A stretch of 64,000 nt of DNA from a virus (lineage: Duplodnaviria; Caudoviricetes), in the IMG/VR virus record IMGVR_UViG_3300032030_000005, positions 192,001 to 256,000 of that record; one strand, given 5' to 3'. The position numbers and the translations under genes were made by a program. The notes under the pieces are model-generated. The model worked only from the letters and a program-made list of their open reading frames with translations. It did no database searches and was not told where the DNA came from. Of the stretch, positions 19,004 through 29,435 are shown piece by piece. Every line of letters begins with the position of its first letter. The first letter of the stretch is position 1.

Positions 19004-19374
19004 TGAAAATTAGTTTTGAAAAATTTGTTAATGATCATTTAGATAATATTATTTTAAATTCAAATAATAAAACACTAATATTTTATATTAAACTTAGTGA
19101 ACCAATAACTATTGGAAATAATGAAGTTATTACACTTATCGACTTATACATTGATCAAGTTAGAGAAATAATAGATCTCTTTGATGATAATGATATCCAA
19201 TTATCTTTATATACAGCAATAACTTCAAAATTTTTAACAGTTGATGGAAGTTTAGAAGATGTAAGTGATCTAAATCTTGAAAACGTTGTATTCTTAGTAC
19301 CTATATCTGAAAAATCTAAAAAATATGTTAATGATATATTAGCTGACCGATTATTAACAATGAATTTAAAATAA
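19003..19374 (+). CDS. hypothetical protein, array A
   Basis: MKISFEKF...IIDLFDD...FLVPISE. Confidence 0.7.
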   Translation: MKISFEKFVNDHLDNIILNSNNKTLIFYIKLSEPITIGNNEVITLIDLYIDQVREIIDLFDDNDIQLSLYTAITSKFLTVDGSLEDVSDLNLENVVFLVPISEKSKKYVNDILADRLLTMNLK

Positions 19375-19399
19375 TGAATTTAAAAGAGGAGAATTTATA

Positions 19400-19948
19400 A
19401 TGTACTTTAACGATAAAGAAATATTTCAGCAAGTTTTATTTTCAAAGACAGAATTATATATCTATTTAAGTATTAACAGATATATAAATAATACTATGGA
19501 AGAATTTAATAAATATAATCAATGCTGTGAAAGTGTAAAAAATATTATAGATATAAAAGATATTAATTATATTTTACTAAATCCAACATCGGATGCTTTT
19601 AAAAGAAATCTTGAAGTAAACTATAAAAATATATTAACAGATAATTTAAAGTCATGCAGTAATTTCGATAAGTATTATTTTATAAATTTCTTTAAAGAAA
19701 ATTCATTCGATATTACTATTAATCCACCGTTCTTTGTAAGAGATGAACATTCATTCATCTATTTTACACAGGATTGTGAAGTTAAAAAAGACACAGCGAA
19801 AAGATTTAAACGGCATTTATATGATGATAAAGATTATGCTATATTAATTTTAAAACCAAGATCACAAGAAGCTATAAATTTTGCAAAAGGCATATGTGAT
19901 CTAATGTTTTCAATACTAGGAAAGGAAATGATAGATAAAAATTTATAA
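19400..19948 (+). CDS. hypothetical protein, array A
   Basis: LILKPRSQEA...EMIDKNL. Confidence 0.65.
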   Translation: MYFNDKEIFQQVLFSKTELYIYLSINRYINNTMEEFNKYNQCCESVKNIIDIKDINYILLNPTSDAFKRNLEVNYKNILTDNLKSCSNFDKYYFINFFKENSFDITINPPFFVRDEHSFIYFTQDCEVKKDTAKRFKRHLYDDKDYAILILKPRSQEAINFAKGICDLMFSILGKEMIDKNL

Positions 19949-19996
19949 AAAAAATTTAAAATCAAAAATATAATATATTAAATAGGAGGATAGCTT

Positions 19997-22795
19997 ATGA
20001 AAATTAATTATATCAAACTCGAAAATTTTATAGGTATCTATGCAGGTATGAATCGTACTTGCATTGAGATAGACTTTAAGAATAATAAAAATAATATCAT
20101 TATTCTTAATGCAGCTAATGGTAAAGGTAAGACTACTTTATTGTCAATGCTTCATCCACTTAGAGGCACAATGGACCAGAGGTCCGATATAGTCTTACCG
20201 AATGAGACAGGCCATAAAATAGTAGATGTTTCTAATAACGGAGACACTTATCATATAGAGCATTTTTATGGTAAGAAGAATAAGAGCTTTATATCCAAAA
20301 ATGGAACAGAGCTTAATGAAAATGGCAATATTAAGTCTTTCAATGAAATTGTTAAGGAAGAACTTGGTATTGATGAAGACTACTTTAAGTTAGGAAGATT
20401 AGGTTCTAATGTTTCTAACTTCATTGATTTTAAGTCAACTGATAGAAAGAAGTATATTACTGAGTTTATTCCTTCAATTGAGGAATATTTAATTGCATTT
20501 GAAAATGTAAAGGAAAAATATACTTCCTTCAATTCTCAAATAAAACTTATTAAAGGTAATATTGAAAAATATGCCGGTAATAAAGATGTCGATGAGATTA
20601 AAACATTCGTTAAGCAACTAGACAAAGATATAGTAGACTATCAAGAAAAAATCAATAAACTCACTAATAAGATAGATGGGTTTAAAGATGAAAAAGAAAA
20701 GATTGAAGGTAAGATAGTTGATTATGTCAATAATAAAACGGATTACTCTATCAAAGACTTTGATAAAGAAATCAATGATCTTACTCGGACAATAGACGAT
20801 GATGTTGATAAAATTGAAGCTGAAATGGATAAGGCTGAAGATAAATATAATAATTTTATTGAAGAAAATAAAATCCGAGTAACCGAAAATATAGAAGAAT
20901 ATATTAAGTCTCTTGAAATAAAATTTAATAATAGATTGGGTCAGTACGAGGAAGCAAGGAAGTCTTTAATTAAAGAGGAAAATGACACAAGAACAGCAAA
21001 GTTTGCTGCAAATGACAAAATGTCAGAATATACTCAGAAGTTAAAGGACCTGGACAATAACCTCACAGAAGATCAGCTTGAAAACGTCCAAAATGAACTT
21101 CTTAATTTAGAAGAGAAGATCAAGGATGCTAAGACTAAGCTTGAATATCAGTATAATTGTTTTACTGATAAAGAGATTGATGAAATTGAAGCTTTCTATA
21201 CTGATGATAGACCTACAGTTGATCCGACAAAAATAAATTTTATAGTTAAAGATATTATAGAAAAGTATGATGATATTAAAGCCGAATATGATTTAAAATA
21301 TCTTAATTGTTATTATGAATATTTAGAAAATTCTGAACCAGCAGTATCATCAAAAGTACTTAATAATAAAGTTATTGAGTTAAAAGATTTATTAACAAAA
21401 ATAAATGAAGATCTTAATAAAATCGAAGGTTCTTTAGCTTACGTTGATAAGACTCTTCCATTAAGATCAGAAAATTGTACTGATGATGGCTGTAGCTTTA
21501 TATCAGAAGCTCTTTCACTTAAAAAAGAGAATGAGCCAAAATATAAAGAACTTCTGGAGTTAAAGAATAAAAAACAAAAGCTTCTAAAAAGTTATGAAGA
21601 AAAATTTGATATAGCTTCTGTTAATGAAGCTATCGATAAAACTGTTAAATCTCTTGAAAAAGAGATTAAAAATGTTCTTCCAGAGTTTATATGCAAACAA
21701 ATCTTTGAAAGAAAATTATTGTTAACTAATAATACAATGATTATTGAAGAATTTAAAATAGATGCTCTTAATAATATATATTCTTTGAATGAAAAGCTTA
21801 ATACACTTAAAGATGCAAAGGATAAATTAGTTAATAAGATTAATTCTTATAATGCTTCTAAATCTTTAATTGATGAATATAATAATCAATTAAATGAAGC
21901 TAAAAAAGAGTATTCTGAAGCAGAGCAACATATGAATGATATATCAGATGCTATTACTGATATCGACATTAAGATAGAAAATGTTAAATTAAAGATTTGC
22001 ACATGTATTGCTTTTTACGATATAAACGATAAGCTAAAAGAAACTACTGAAAAGTATGATAAGTATGTAGCTCTTCAGAAAGATTTATTAGCATTAATAG
22101 TAGAATATAAGTTATTCATGAAGCATAATAGTATTAATGAATTAAACGAACAGCTTGATACTTATAAGAAGTCTTTAAAGGAGATAAAGACCAAGCATGA
22201 CGAAAATGCAACAGCTGTTACAATTATCGAAGATAATTTAAATAGCTTAAAGGGTCTTGAAGAAGACTTTAAATACTGCAATTTAATCAAAGAAGCCTTG
22301 AATCCTAAAAGTGGTATTCCTATGGTCTTTGCAGATAACTTCTTAAAATCAATCGCTGTAAAAGCTAATAATCTCCTTAACATAGCATATGAAGGACAGT
22401 TTATGATTAAATTCGATATCACTGCAACTGAATTTAATATTCAGGTATATAAAGGTGATGGAACAATGCTTAAAGATATTTCACTTGCATCTCAGGGTGA
22501 AACATCTTTAACAAACGTATCATTGTCTTTAGCTATGTTGGAAACAATGATAAAGGGTTATAATGTGCTCTATTTAGACGAAATTGATTGTACACTTAGT
22601 ACTGAAAATCGAAGACGTTTTATAGATATGTTATATACTCAATTAGAGACATTGAATATAGAACAGTGTTTTGTAATTTCACACAACAATGAATTCTATG
22701 ATAAAAATGTTGATCTTATTCTTCTTGAAGGACATGATTGTGATCTTAATGATCAGGACTTTATGAAAGGTAAGAATGTAATATTTAAAGTTTGA
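19997..22795 (+). CDS. sbcC: SbcC/Rad50-like SMC ATPase
   Basis: Walker A NGKGKTT, long coiled coils, CTDDGC hook, signature ASQGE, Walker B LYLDE, ISH. Confidence 0.9.
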   Translation: MKINYIKLENFIGIYAGMNRTCIEIDFKNNKNNIIILNAANGKGKTTLLSMLHPLRGTMDQRSDIVLPNETGHKIVDVSNNGDTYHIEHFYGKKNKSFISKNGTELNENGNIKSFNEIVKEELGIDEDYFKLGRLGSNVSNFIDFKSTDRKKYITEFIPSIEEYLIAFENVKEKYTSFNSQIKLIKGNIEKYAGNKDVDEIKTFVKQLDKDIVDYQEKINKLTNKIDGFKDEKEKIEGKIVDYVNNKTDYSIKDFDKEINDLTRTIDDDVDKIEAEMDKAEDKYNNFIEENKIRVTENIEEYIKSLEIKFNNRLGQYEEARKSLIKEENDTRTAKFAANDKMSEYTQKLKDLDNNLTEDQLENVQNELLNLEEKIKDAKTKLEYQYNCFTDKEIDEIEAFYTDDRPTVDPTKINFIVKDIIEKYDDIKAEYDLKYLNCYYEYLENSEPAVSSKVLNNKVIELKDLLTKINEDLNKIEGSLAYVDKTLPLRSENCTDDGCSFISEALSLKKENEPKYKELLELKNKKQKLLKSYEEKFDIASVNEAIDKTVKSLEKEIKNVLPEFICKQIFERKLLLTNNTMIIEEFKIDALNNIYSLNEKLNTLKDAKDKLVNKINSYNASKSLIDEYNNQLNEAKKEYSEAEQHMNDISDAITDIDIKIENVKLKICTCIAFYDINDKLKETTEKYDKYVALQKDLLALIVEYKLFMKHNSINELNEQLDTYKKSLKEIKTKHDENATAVTIIEDNLNSLKGLEEDFKYCNLIKEALNPKSGIPMVFADNFLKSIAVKANNLLNIAYEGQFMIKFDITATEFNIQVYKGDGTMLKDISLASQGETSLTNVSLSLAMLETMIKGYNVLYLDEIDCTLSTENRRRFIDMLYTQLETLNIEQCFVISHNNEFYDKNVDLILLEGHDCDLNDQDFMKGKNVIFKV

Positions 22796-22800
22796 TAAAA

Positions 22801-22838
22801 AACTCCTTAAGGTTATTAGCCTTAAGGAGTTTTTTTTT
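22801..22838. terminator. bidirectional terminator
   Basis: AACTCCTTAAGG/CCTTAAGGAGTT with A-run before and T-run after. Confidence 0.85.
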
Positions 22839-23086
22839 TACTTATTTCTCCATGTAATGATTCCTGATGTTAAATCATATGGAGAAAGTTTAACTTCAAC
22901 TGAATCACCTTCAACAATCTGAATGTTATTCATACGAAGTTTTCCTGATAAAGTACATAATGCTTCTCTATTGGTGTTTTCGATTAATACCTTAAACTTA
23001 GCACCCGGAAGGCAATCAGTTACTTTACCATTAATTTCAATGTGTTCTTCTTTAACCACGTTTGTTTTTTTACTATTCTTTTTCAT
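22838..23086 (-). CDS. infA: translation initiation factor IF-1
   Basis: KEEHIEINGKVTDCLPGAKFKV...LSGKLRMNNIQIVEGDSVEVKLSPYDLTSGIITWR. Confidence 0.95.
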   Translation of the reverse strand: MKKNSKKTNVVKEEHIEINGKVTDCLPGAKFKVLIENTNREALCTLSGKLRMNNIQIVEGDSVEVKLSPYDLTSGIITWRNK

Positions 23087-23119
23087 ATAAGTTTCCCTCA
23101 ATAATTTATATAGTTTCGA

Positions 23120-23608
23120 TTAACCCATATATGGATTAGTATTATTTAAATATCTGTTATCGAATGAATTTTTTTGTAAATTATCTACATATTTTTCATT
23201 CCTATTCCAATTATAATACTCTGGTCTATATGGCTGTGGAAGTTCATTTACTAAGTGATTTTCATTAAGAGGTCTTCCGTATAAATCTTCAGTCCTTCTA
23301 ATTGGTTCTTCTTCACTAAAATGTCTAAAATCATGTACAGCACACTGATCAAAATATTCTTCTTTAGTAAGAAGTTTTGGAGGCATTGGAGGAATAATTA
23401 ATACAGTCTTATCACCATTAGACATAGCTTCTACAATATGATCAAATACTTGAGCTATAGCAGCATAGTTTGGTGATTCATATAAACAGATACCTTCATT
23501 ACGAGTTGTTCCGATTACTTTATATAATGGAAGGTCCTCTTTAATTTTAATTCCATAAACATCATGGGCATAACGAGCGTCACGATCGTTTCTAATTACA
23601 GTAATCAT
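23120..23608 (-). CDS. hypothetical protein; N-domain resembles that of the neighbouring gene
   Basis: LYKVIG...CLYESPNYAAIAQVFDHIV versus FYDVVL...CYRSKDLVKAQTYLDNFI. Confidence 0.65.
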   Translation of the reverse strand: MITVIRNDRDARYAHDVYGIKIKEDLPLYKVIGTTRNEGICLYESPNYAAIAQVFDHIVEAMSNGDKTVLIIPPMPPKLLTKEEYFDQCAVHDFRHFSEEEPIRRTEDLYGRPLNENHLVNELPQPYRPEYYNWNRNEKYVDNLQKNSFDNRYLNNTNPYMG

Positions 23609-23633
23609 CTGTAAAACCTTCCTTTCATAATGA

Positions 23634-25307
23634 TTAAGGATTGATATCTGTGTCTTTTAAGATGAGATAATCAACAGGTGATGATGTTCTAGGTGGTACT
23701 AAATCAACAACCTTAACGAAGCCGTTTTCAATTAATGACTTAGTATTATCATATTCATCAGATGTCCATGTACAGAATCCCTTACCATAGTTAGCATCAG
23801 GAACAGCTACGAAGTAAGTTGTATATAATGGAACATCTCTTTCTACATCACTCTTAGCATAGATAACCATCTGATATACATGATTTTCTTTAGCAATCCA
23901 GCTATATTCATCATTAATGAATCCTGTAAGAGTCTTTACATAAGCTGTTGGAACTGAAAGATCCTGAACTGTTACTATATAGTTCTGGTTGCAATTCTGG
24001 ATTCTTAATGTAATAACATAATTATCCTGATCTACTGGGTCTGGTGATGGCTCTAAATTAAAGTCTCTACCAGTCTTAGCAAATCTCATATCATATCTAC
24101 CATTAAGCTTAATAGCATTTACATAATATCTTACACCATTATCCTGAATTGTAAATGTTGTTTGAGCTAATGACCTATCAAGTTCTTTCCATAAGCCATC
24201 TGTAAGATTGTCCTTATAATACCAATTAAAGTCCTTAATATACTTAAAGAATCTATCTGGAATCATAAAGAAGCTCCATTCGCCAGCTACATTCATATTT
24301 GTCTTAAATACTGTATCAGCAAGTAAGCATTCTAATACGCTCTTCTTTACAACAATCTTATCCTTTGGATCCATATTCGGGAATGTTGAATGATAATTCT
24401 TATGTAACATTGTTCTAAGTGCATTTGGTGCAATTTCAGCAATGTTATCAGAAATTACTGATTCACCCATTGTAAAACCGCCATCACCAAAATATACAAC
24501 AATCTTTTCTCTTGGCTGTGGTGGGCATGGAGGAACAAATGGTTCTGGTTTTGGACATGGTGGAATTGGTGGATATGGATATGGTGGAATTGGAGGACAA
24601 GGAGGTTCTGGTCTAAATGGATATGGTGGATATGGTACTGGTGGAGGTGGAACAGGACAACATGGTGGTTCTGGACCAAAATGAGTAATTTCACCATCAT
24701 ATCTTGGGAGATTATGACAATCTACATCATTGATTGTGCATTCATCACAGAATGGTTCTGGTGGAAGAGGCTTTGGACCACCTGCATATCTTGGCTCTCT
24801 TGTCATAGTTTCAAAGCAATCATAATAAGGATTACGTCTTGGATCATTAAGATATCTTGGATCAATTTCGCTATCCGGAATATGACAATCAAACTTATCA
24901 TTCTTATAGAACCATGGATGATATGGATCATATGGTGGAATAAATGGACCTGGACCCGGACAAGGAGGGAACATTCCCGGTCTGAGTGGAGTATCCGGAA
25001 TTCTAGATAAATCTATATATCTATATCCTCTTCTACATAATAAGATAAAATTATCAAGATATGTCTGTGCTTTTACTAAATCCTTGCTTCTATAACAAGC
25101 ATATGATTGTGTATTTTCAGGATTTGTAAATAACACTACATCATAAAAAATTTTATCAATAAATCTTGGATCTCTACGAACTGGTAAATTGTTTACTGCC
25201 TTAGGTGGATTAGGATAAGTAGTCTTAGACTGTTTAATTCTAGCACCATAGGCTGTGAATATACCAACATCATATCTGAAACAAGTAACATTGAATGAAT
25301 GTGTCAT
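23634..25307 (-). CDS. Pro/Cys/Tyr-rich late protein, possibly structural
   Basis: PPCCPVPPPPVPYPPYP...PPCPPQP repeats; SD and late promoter at 25350-25361. Confidence 0.7.
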   Translation of the reverse strand: MTHSFNVTCFRYDVGIFTAYGARIKQSKTTYPNPPKAVNNLPVRRDPRFIDKIFYDVVLFTNPENTQSYACYRSKDLVKAQTYLDNFILLCRRGYRYIDLSRIPDTPLRPGMFPPCPGPGPFIPPYDPYHPWFYKNDKFDCHIPDSEIDPRYLNDPRRNPYYDCFETMTREPRYAGGPKPLPPEPFCDECTINDVDCHNLPRYDGEITHFGPEPPCCPVPPPPVPYPPYPFRPEPPCPPIPPYPYPPIPPCPKPEPFVPPCPPQPREKIVVYFGDGGFTMGESVISDNIAEIAPNALRTMLHKNYHSTFPNMDPKDKIVVKKSVLECLLADTVFKTNMNVAGEWSFFMIPDRFFKYIKDFNWYYKDNLTDGLWKELDRSLAQTTFTIQDNGVRYYVNAIKLNGRYDMRFAKTGRDFNLEPSPDPVDQDNYVITLRIQNCNQNYIVTVQDLSVPTAYVKTLTGFINDEYSWIAKENHVYQMVIYAKSDVERDVPLYTTYFVAVPDANYGKGFCTWTSDEYDNTKSLIENGFVKVVDLVPPRTSSPVDYLILKDTDINP

Positions 25308-25372
25308 ATATTCTTCATCCTTTCTATATAATTATTTATATTATAGTTATAAATGACTGTTGTTATACTATA

Positions 25373-26545
25373 TTAAATAAACTTAGCGGAACATCTTACT
25401 GCACCTGTTAATGGTTCACTTAATGGCTTAGCTTTACTATCGAAAATAGCCAATTCTTCAGTTAATACATTAATTTCTTCATCTAATACATTAATTTCTT
25501 CTTCTAATGATTGTATTCTCTTTTCACATTCAAGCCATTCTGGGCTATTTGGCTCATATGTGAACTGTTCATTTATAGCTTCGTTCATAGCAGCTTGCTT
25601 TTGTAATTTTTCAGCTTTTCTTCTTTCTAATTCTGCTTTATACTGAGCTTGATGTGCAGCTTCTTCAGCCTTTCTAGCTTCATCAGCTTTTTGTCTCTTT
25701 TCTGCTGCAGCTATTTGACCTTGTTGTGATTTTTGTTGATTTTTTATAGCAGTATTTTCTTTTTGTTGTATCTGTCTCCATTCTTCGGCTTCTTTATTGC
25801 TAATTCCACCGCCAAAATCTTTCTTTATTTGATTGGTTTCAGCTTTTGCTGCAGTTGATTGGGCTTTAGCCTTTGCAGCTCTTGTTTCAGGTGTATTAGC
25901 TTGTTGTGCTTGTTGCATTTTTTGCTGTCCAGCTAAAATATTTTGTCCTTGTTGTGAACTAGCATCAACAGTGGTTGTTGTACCATGTCTATCATATGAT
26001 ACAGTATGCTGTCCTACAGGATTTTTGAACATACCTGACTGTTTTCTAGAAGCAATATCCATAGTTGTCTTACCAGTTGTTACATTTGTATTTGTTGAAG
26101 CACCTTTATATTGTTTTTGAGCTACTTTAGCTTTTCCAGATGTTCTAGCTACATTCTTCATTGTATTCATTGCACCATATTGCTGAGTCATATTCTTAAG
26201 ACCCATTGCAGCATTCTTAAATCCCTTATTAGCACCACCATTAGCAGCCTGATAAGCATTACCGGCTCTATAAGCCTTGACACCAGCAACACCAGCACCT
26301 ACACCAGCAGCAACGCCTAATAACTTCTTAAAAAATCCTTCATTGAGCATTAATTCATGCATATATTCTGATTCGCTTAATGGTTCTAAATTATTAACTT
26401 CACATGATTCTAAATAATAATTGTATGATTCTAATATATAATTCTCACAAACTGAAATAGTCTTTTGATCAGCTGGATTATCAATATCAGTTTCAGCTAA
26501 TCGTACAACGCATTCAGCTAATAATTCATATTTCATAAGAGTCAT
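25373..26545 (-). CDS. putative head-packaged protein (glycine-zipper family)
   Basis: Acidic N-peptide ending LMLNE, then GVAAGVGAGVAGV, basic region and acidic C-peptide; late promoter upstream. Confidence 0.55.
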   Translation of the reverse strand: MTLMKYELLAECVVRLAETDIDNPADQKTISVCENYILESYNYYLESCEVNNLEPLSESEYMHELMLNEGFFKKLLGVAAGVGAGVAGVKAYRAGNAYQAANGGANKGFKNAAMGLKNMTQQYGAMNTMKNVARTSGKAKVAQKQYKGASTNTNVTTGKTTMDIASRKQSGMFKNPVGQHTVSYDRHGTTTTVDASSQQGQNILAGQQKMQQAQQANTPETRAAKAKAQSTAAKAETNQIKKDFGGGISNKEAEEWRQIQQKENTAIKNQQKSQQGQIAAAEKRQKADEARKAEEAAHQAQYKAELERRKAEKLQKQAAMNEAINEQFTYEPNSPEWLECEKRIQSLEEEINVLDEEINVLTEELAIFDSKAKPLSEPLTGAVRCSAKFI

Positions 26546-26622
26546 TCCTTTCTTATAATAGTATAAAAGCTTGTTGAATATAATAATACCTCTTAACTTA
26601 TTTAAGTTAAGAGGTATATAAA

Positions 26623-27765
26623 TTATAATTTTATAGGTTCTCCATACTTTTCTAATGTAGGAACTATAAGCCTTTGCATTTGTAATGGATTCTTACCATC
26701 AAGAACACATCCAGCTGCAAATTCATGTCCTCCACCGCCATAAATATTTGCAATCTTAGATAAATCTATATCATCATATATCCTTCTAAAACTAATTGAA
26801 CCATATTTAAAAGATATATTCGCAATATATTTAATATTGAATCTTGAATATATCTTTTTATTAATTATATCTTCTTTAAGCTTATCACATATTAATGATA
26901 CATTCTCATCACTACGAATAACTATGTACTGAATATCTGGATATGGTACATTAAATTCATTAATATGATCTAACACTACAGAAGTTGCTAAAGCTTTCTG
27001 ATAATCTTTTTCTATCTTTTCTAAAACTTCATTAAGCAAAGCTATTTCAGATTTATTAAAGTAGAAAGCTAATCCATTTTTCTGTTCTTGATCTACAAAG
27101 AATTTACTTCTCTTTGTATTAGAAAATACTAAATTAAGATCTCTAGCTACAATATCTCCATTATTCTTCCATTCAAACGTATCCCAATTATGTACATGTT
27201 CAAGATAACTTCTTAACCATACTTTTCTATCTTCATACATTGGATGATGAATACCTAAAGTAACTCTGGCCCATTCTCTTGACTGATCACTTTCAATAAA
27301 GTTAAATACTTGTAATGCAGCACAATTAGTCATATCATTATAGTATTCAATAATAGGGAAGAATTCTTCAACTCTATTTCTAAAAGTCTTTTCACTATCT
27401 TTATGATGATCTATAATAAACATCTTCTTGAAAAGGCTAGTATTTTGTCTAGCAGGATCATTTAATTTAGCATTAAAAACTCTTAATGGATTCTGAATGT
27501 AATCATGGAAATTATCACTGGCAATATTTATATCGGTAATAAACACATAATCATATTTCTTTATACCATCTTCATTATTTATGTCTATGAATGTTTTAAG
27601 TGATGAAATATCATTATAAGACATAAAAGTAAAATCAAAATTGATTCTCTTAAGATCATAACACCTCTTAAGTGCTAATGCACAACTAACTCCGTCTAAA
27701 TCATTATGGGTAAATACTTTAACTCTAATATTTGTGATATCAGATATAATTTCTATATCCTTCAT
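26623..27765 (-). CDS. DHH-family phosphoesterase (DHHA1)
   Basis: THNDLDG, FITD, IDHH, GGGHEFAAG. Confidence 0.9.
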   Translation of the reverse strand: MKDIEIISDITNIRVKVFTHNDLDGVSCALALKRCYDLKRINFDFTFMSYNDISSLKTFIDINNEDGIKKYDYVFITDINIASDNFHDYIQNPLRVFNAKLNDPARQNTSLFKKMFIIDHHKDSEKTFRNRVEEFFPIIEYYNDMTNCAALQVFNFIESDQSREWARVTLGIHHPMYEDRKVWLRSYLEHVHNWDTFEWKNNGDIVARDLNLVFSNTKRSKFFVDQEQKNGLAFYFNKSEIALLNEVLEKIEKDYQKALATSVVLDHINEFNVPYPDIQYIVIRSDENVSLICDKLKEDIINKKIYSRFNIKYIANISFKYGSISFRRIYDDIDLSKIANIYGGGGHEFAAGCVLDGKNPLQMQRLIVPTLEKYGEPIKL

Positions 27766-28513
27766 AATCATATCCTCCACAGTTATATAAACCATCAACG
27801 TTTACTTCACCAACTGCAGTAGCTGCTGGATTATCAAAATTTGTTACAAAAGTTGGTTTCAATGTATTATTTGTTATCTGTAATTTTAATACATACCTAT
27901 TCTTAGTAGCACCTATCTTTACAAAACCTTGACTTTCAAAGAATGTTAATTTAGATTCCTTATCCATATCAATCTCAATAAAGTTTGCACTAAGACTAGA
28001 TTTAGCAATTTCTAATAATTGTTTAGCAAAACCAAGACCTTGATACTGAGGGTTTATATCAAAAGTAGTTATAAGGTTTTTATTCTCTATACAACAAACT
28101 TCAACTTTTGCTACAGGAGTGCCTAATTCATTTTTAAACACAATACCTTTAATAAGACCTCTTTTAGATTTAGTAATACCTAAATCATTTCTAGAATAAC
28201 TATTAAATTGGCTTTCATATTTTTCTCTTTTAAAATCATAAAGATTTTTAACGATTTTATTTACTTCAACAGATTCTTGCATATTATTAGGTTTATTAGC
28301 CATTGCAGATTGTTTAGCTTTTTGTCTTAAATTAGGATCTTTAATACCTTGCCATTTAGACTTCTTTGAAAAAGAAGAATTATTTGTATAATTTTTTTGA
28401 ATTGCACCTTGACCTTGTCCTAAAGCTATACTATAAGCTTGCCCTTGTTGTGGATTTACAGTTTTATTTTGTCTTACAACACTACCACCGGCTTTTTTAC
28501 TCATTATTATCAC
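27740..28513 (-). CDS. GNAT acetyltransferase with a basic N-terminal extension
   Basis: DINPQYQGLGFAKQLL (acetyl-CoA motif A), FFESQGF; late promoter at 28542-28553. Confidence 0.75.
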   Translation of the reverse strand: MIIMSKKAGGSVVRQNKTVNPQQGQAYSIALGQGQGAIQKNYTNNSSFSKKSKWQGIKDPNLRQKAKQSAMANKPNNMQESVEVNKIVKNLYDFKREKYESQFNSYSRNDLGITKSKRGLIKGIVFKNELGTPVAKVEVCCIENKNLITTFDINPQYQGLGFAKQLLEIAKSSLSANFIEIDMDKESKLTFFESQGFVKIGATKNRYVLKLQITNNTLKPTFVTNFDNPAATAVGEVNVDGLYNCGGYDYEGYRNYI

Positions 28514-28672
28514 TTCCTTATATACTATTTTATATATTAAATAACTTAATGTTTTTCATAAAACTTATATATTATCATATAATAAATGAATTTTTATAAA
28601 TAAATTAAAATATAAAATTTAAAAATAAATTTTAAAAATAATAATTAATTATTTAGTCTTTTAGATGGGACG

Positions 28673-29362
28673 GTGTTTAATATGAAATTAATGACAATGA
28701 AACAATTCTTACAAAATCCTTCTGGGCCTTATTCAGCTAGCTTTGCAAGAAGAGATTTAATTATAGCTAATTTAGAAGATAGATTCGCTAAATTATATCA
28801 GAAAAGAAAAAGTGAATTTAAAGTAAAGACATTTAGAGGAAAAAATAAAAACGAATTCTATTTCTATATTCAAGTACCAAGTGAAAAATATGATAAGATT
28901 GTATATGATGTAGTAATTCAGTTTATACCAGTAGATATGGCTTCTTTATCAGCTACTACAATTGATAAATATGCCATAAAGGTATTTAGTAATAGTTTAA
29001 ATTTTACTTTTTCGTATGCATATTGGTATAATATCGATCAATTAATTATACCAGAGCTAATTGATAAATTATCTCCAAAGGCTATTACAGATAAACCAGT
29101 AATTAAAAATAATGAAGGAATCTATGGCTTTGAGAAGTCTTTATATTTTGCTTTATTATATATTAAATATAATGAGTTAAATTATAAAGCTAATATTCTT
29201 AAGGTGATAGATAATTCAATGACTATTGCTAAATTAAAACCAATGATTAAATCTTCTAATTCTAAAATTATTGAGTATAATCTTGTTAAAAAAGCTAATG
29301 GTGATAAAGAACCATCAAAAAAGAAGATAGCTAAGCCAAGACCAAAACCATATAAATTTTAA
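28673..29362 (+). CDS. hypothetical protein
   Basis: 229-aa ORF with phage-like codon usage. Confidence 0.7.
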   Translation: MFNMKLMTMKQFLQNPSGPYSASFARRDLIIANLEDRFAKLYQKRKSEFKVKTFRGKNKNEFYFYIQVPSEKYDKIVYDVVIQFIPVDMASLSATTIDKYAIKVFSNSLNFTFSYAYWYNIDQLIIPELIDKLSPKAITDKPVIKNNEGIYGFEKSLYFALLYIKYNELNYKANILKVIDNSMTIAKLKPMIKSSNSKIIEYNLVKKANGDKEPSKKKIAKPRPKPYKF

Positions 29363-29435
29363 TAATATTTAAAAATATATATTATAATTCTGTCTTTTTC
29401 CAAAAGACAACTTATTCAAGGGGAGGAATAATTTA

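Noticed and set aside
24442-25010. Gly-rich and other short ORFs overlapping the Pro-rich gene
   Set aside because: Shadow frames of CCA/CCT codons in 23634-25307.
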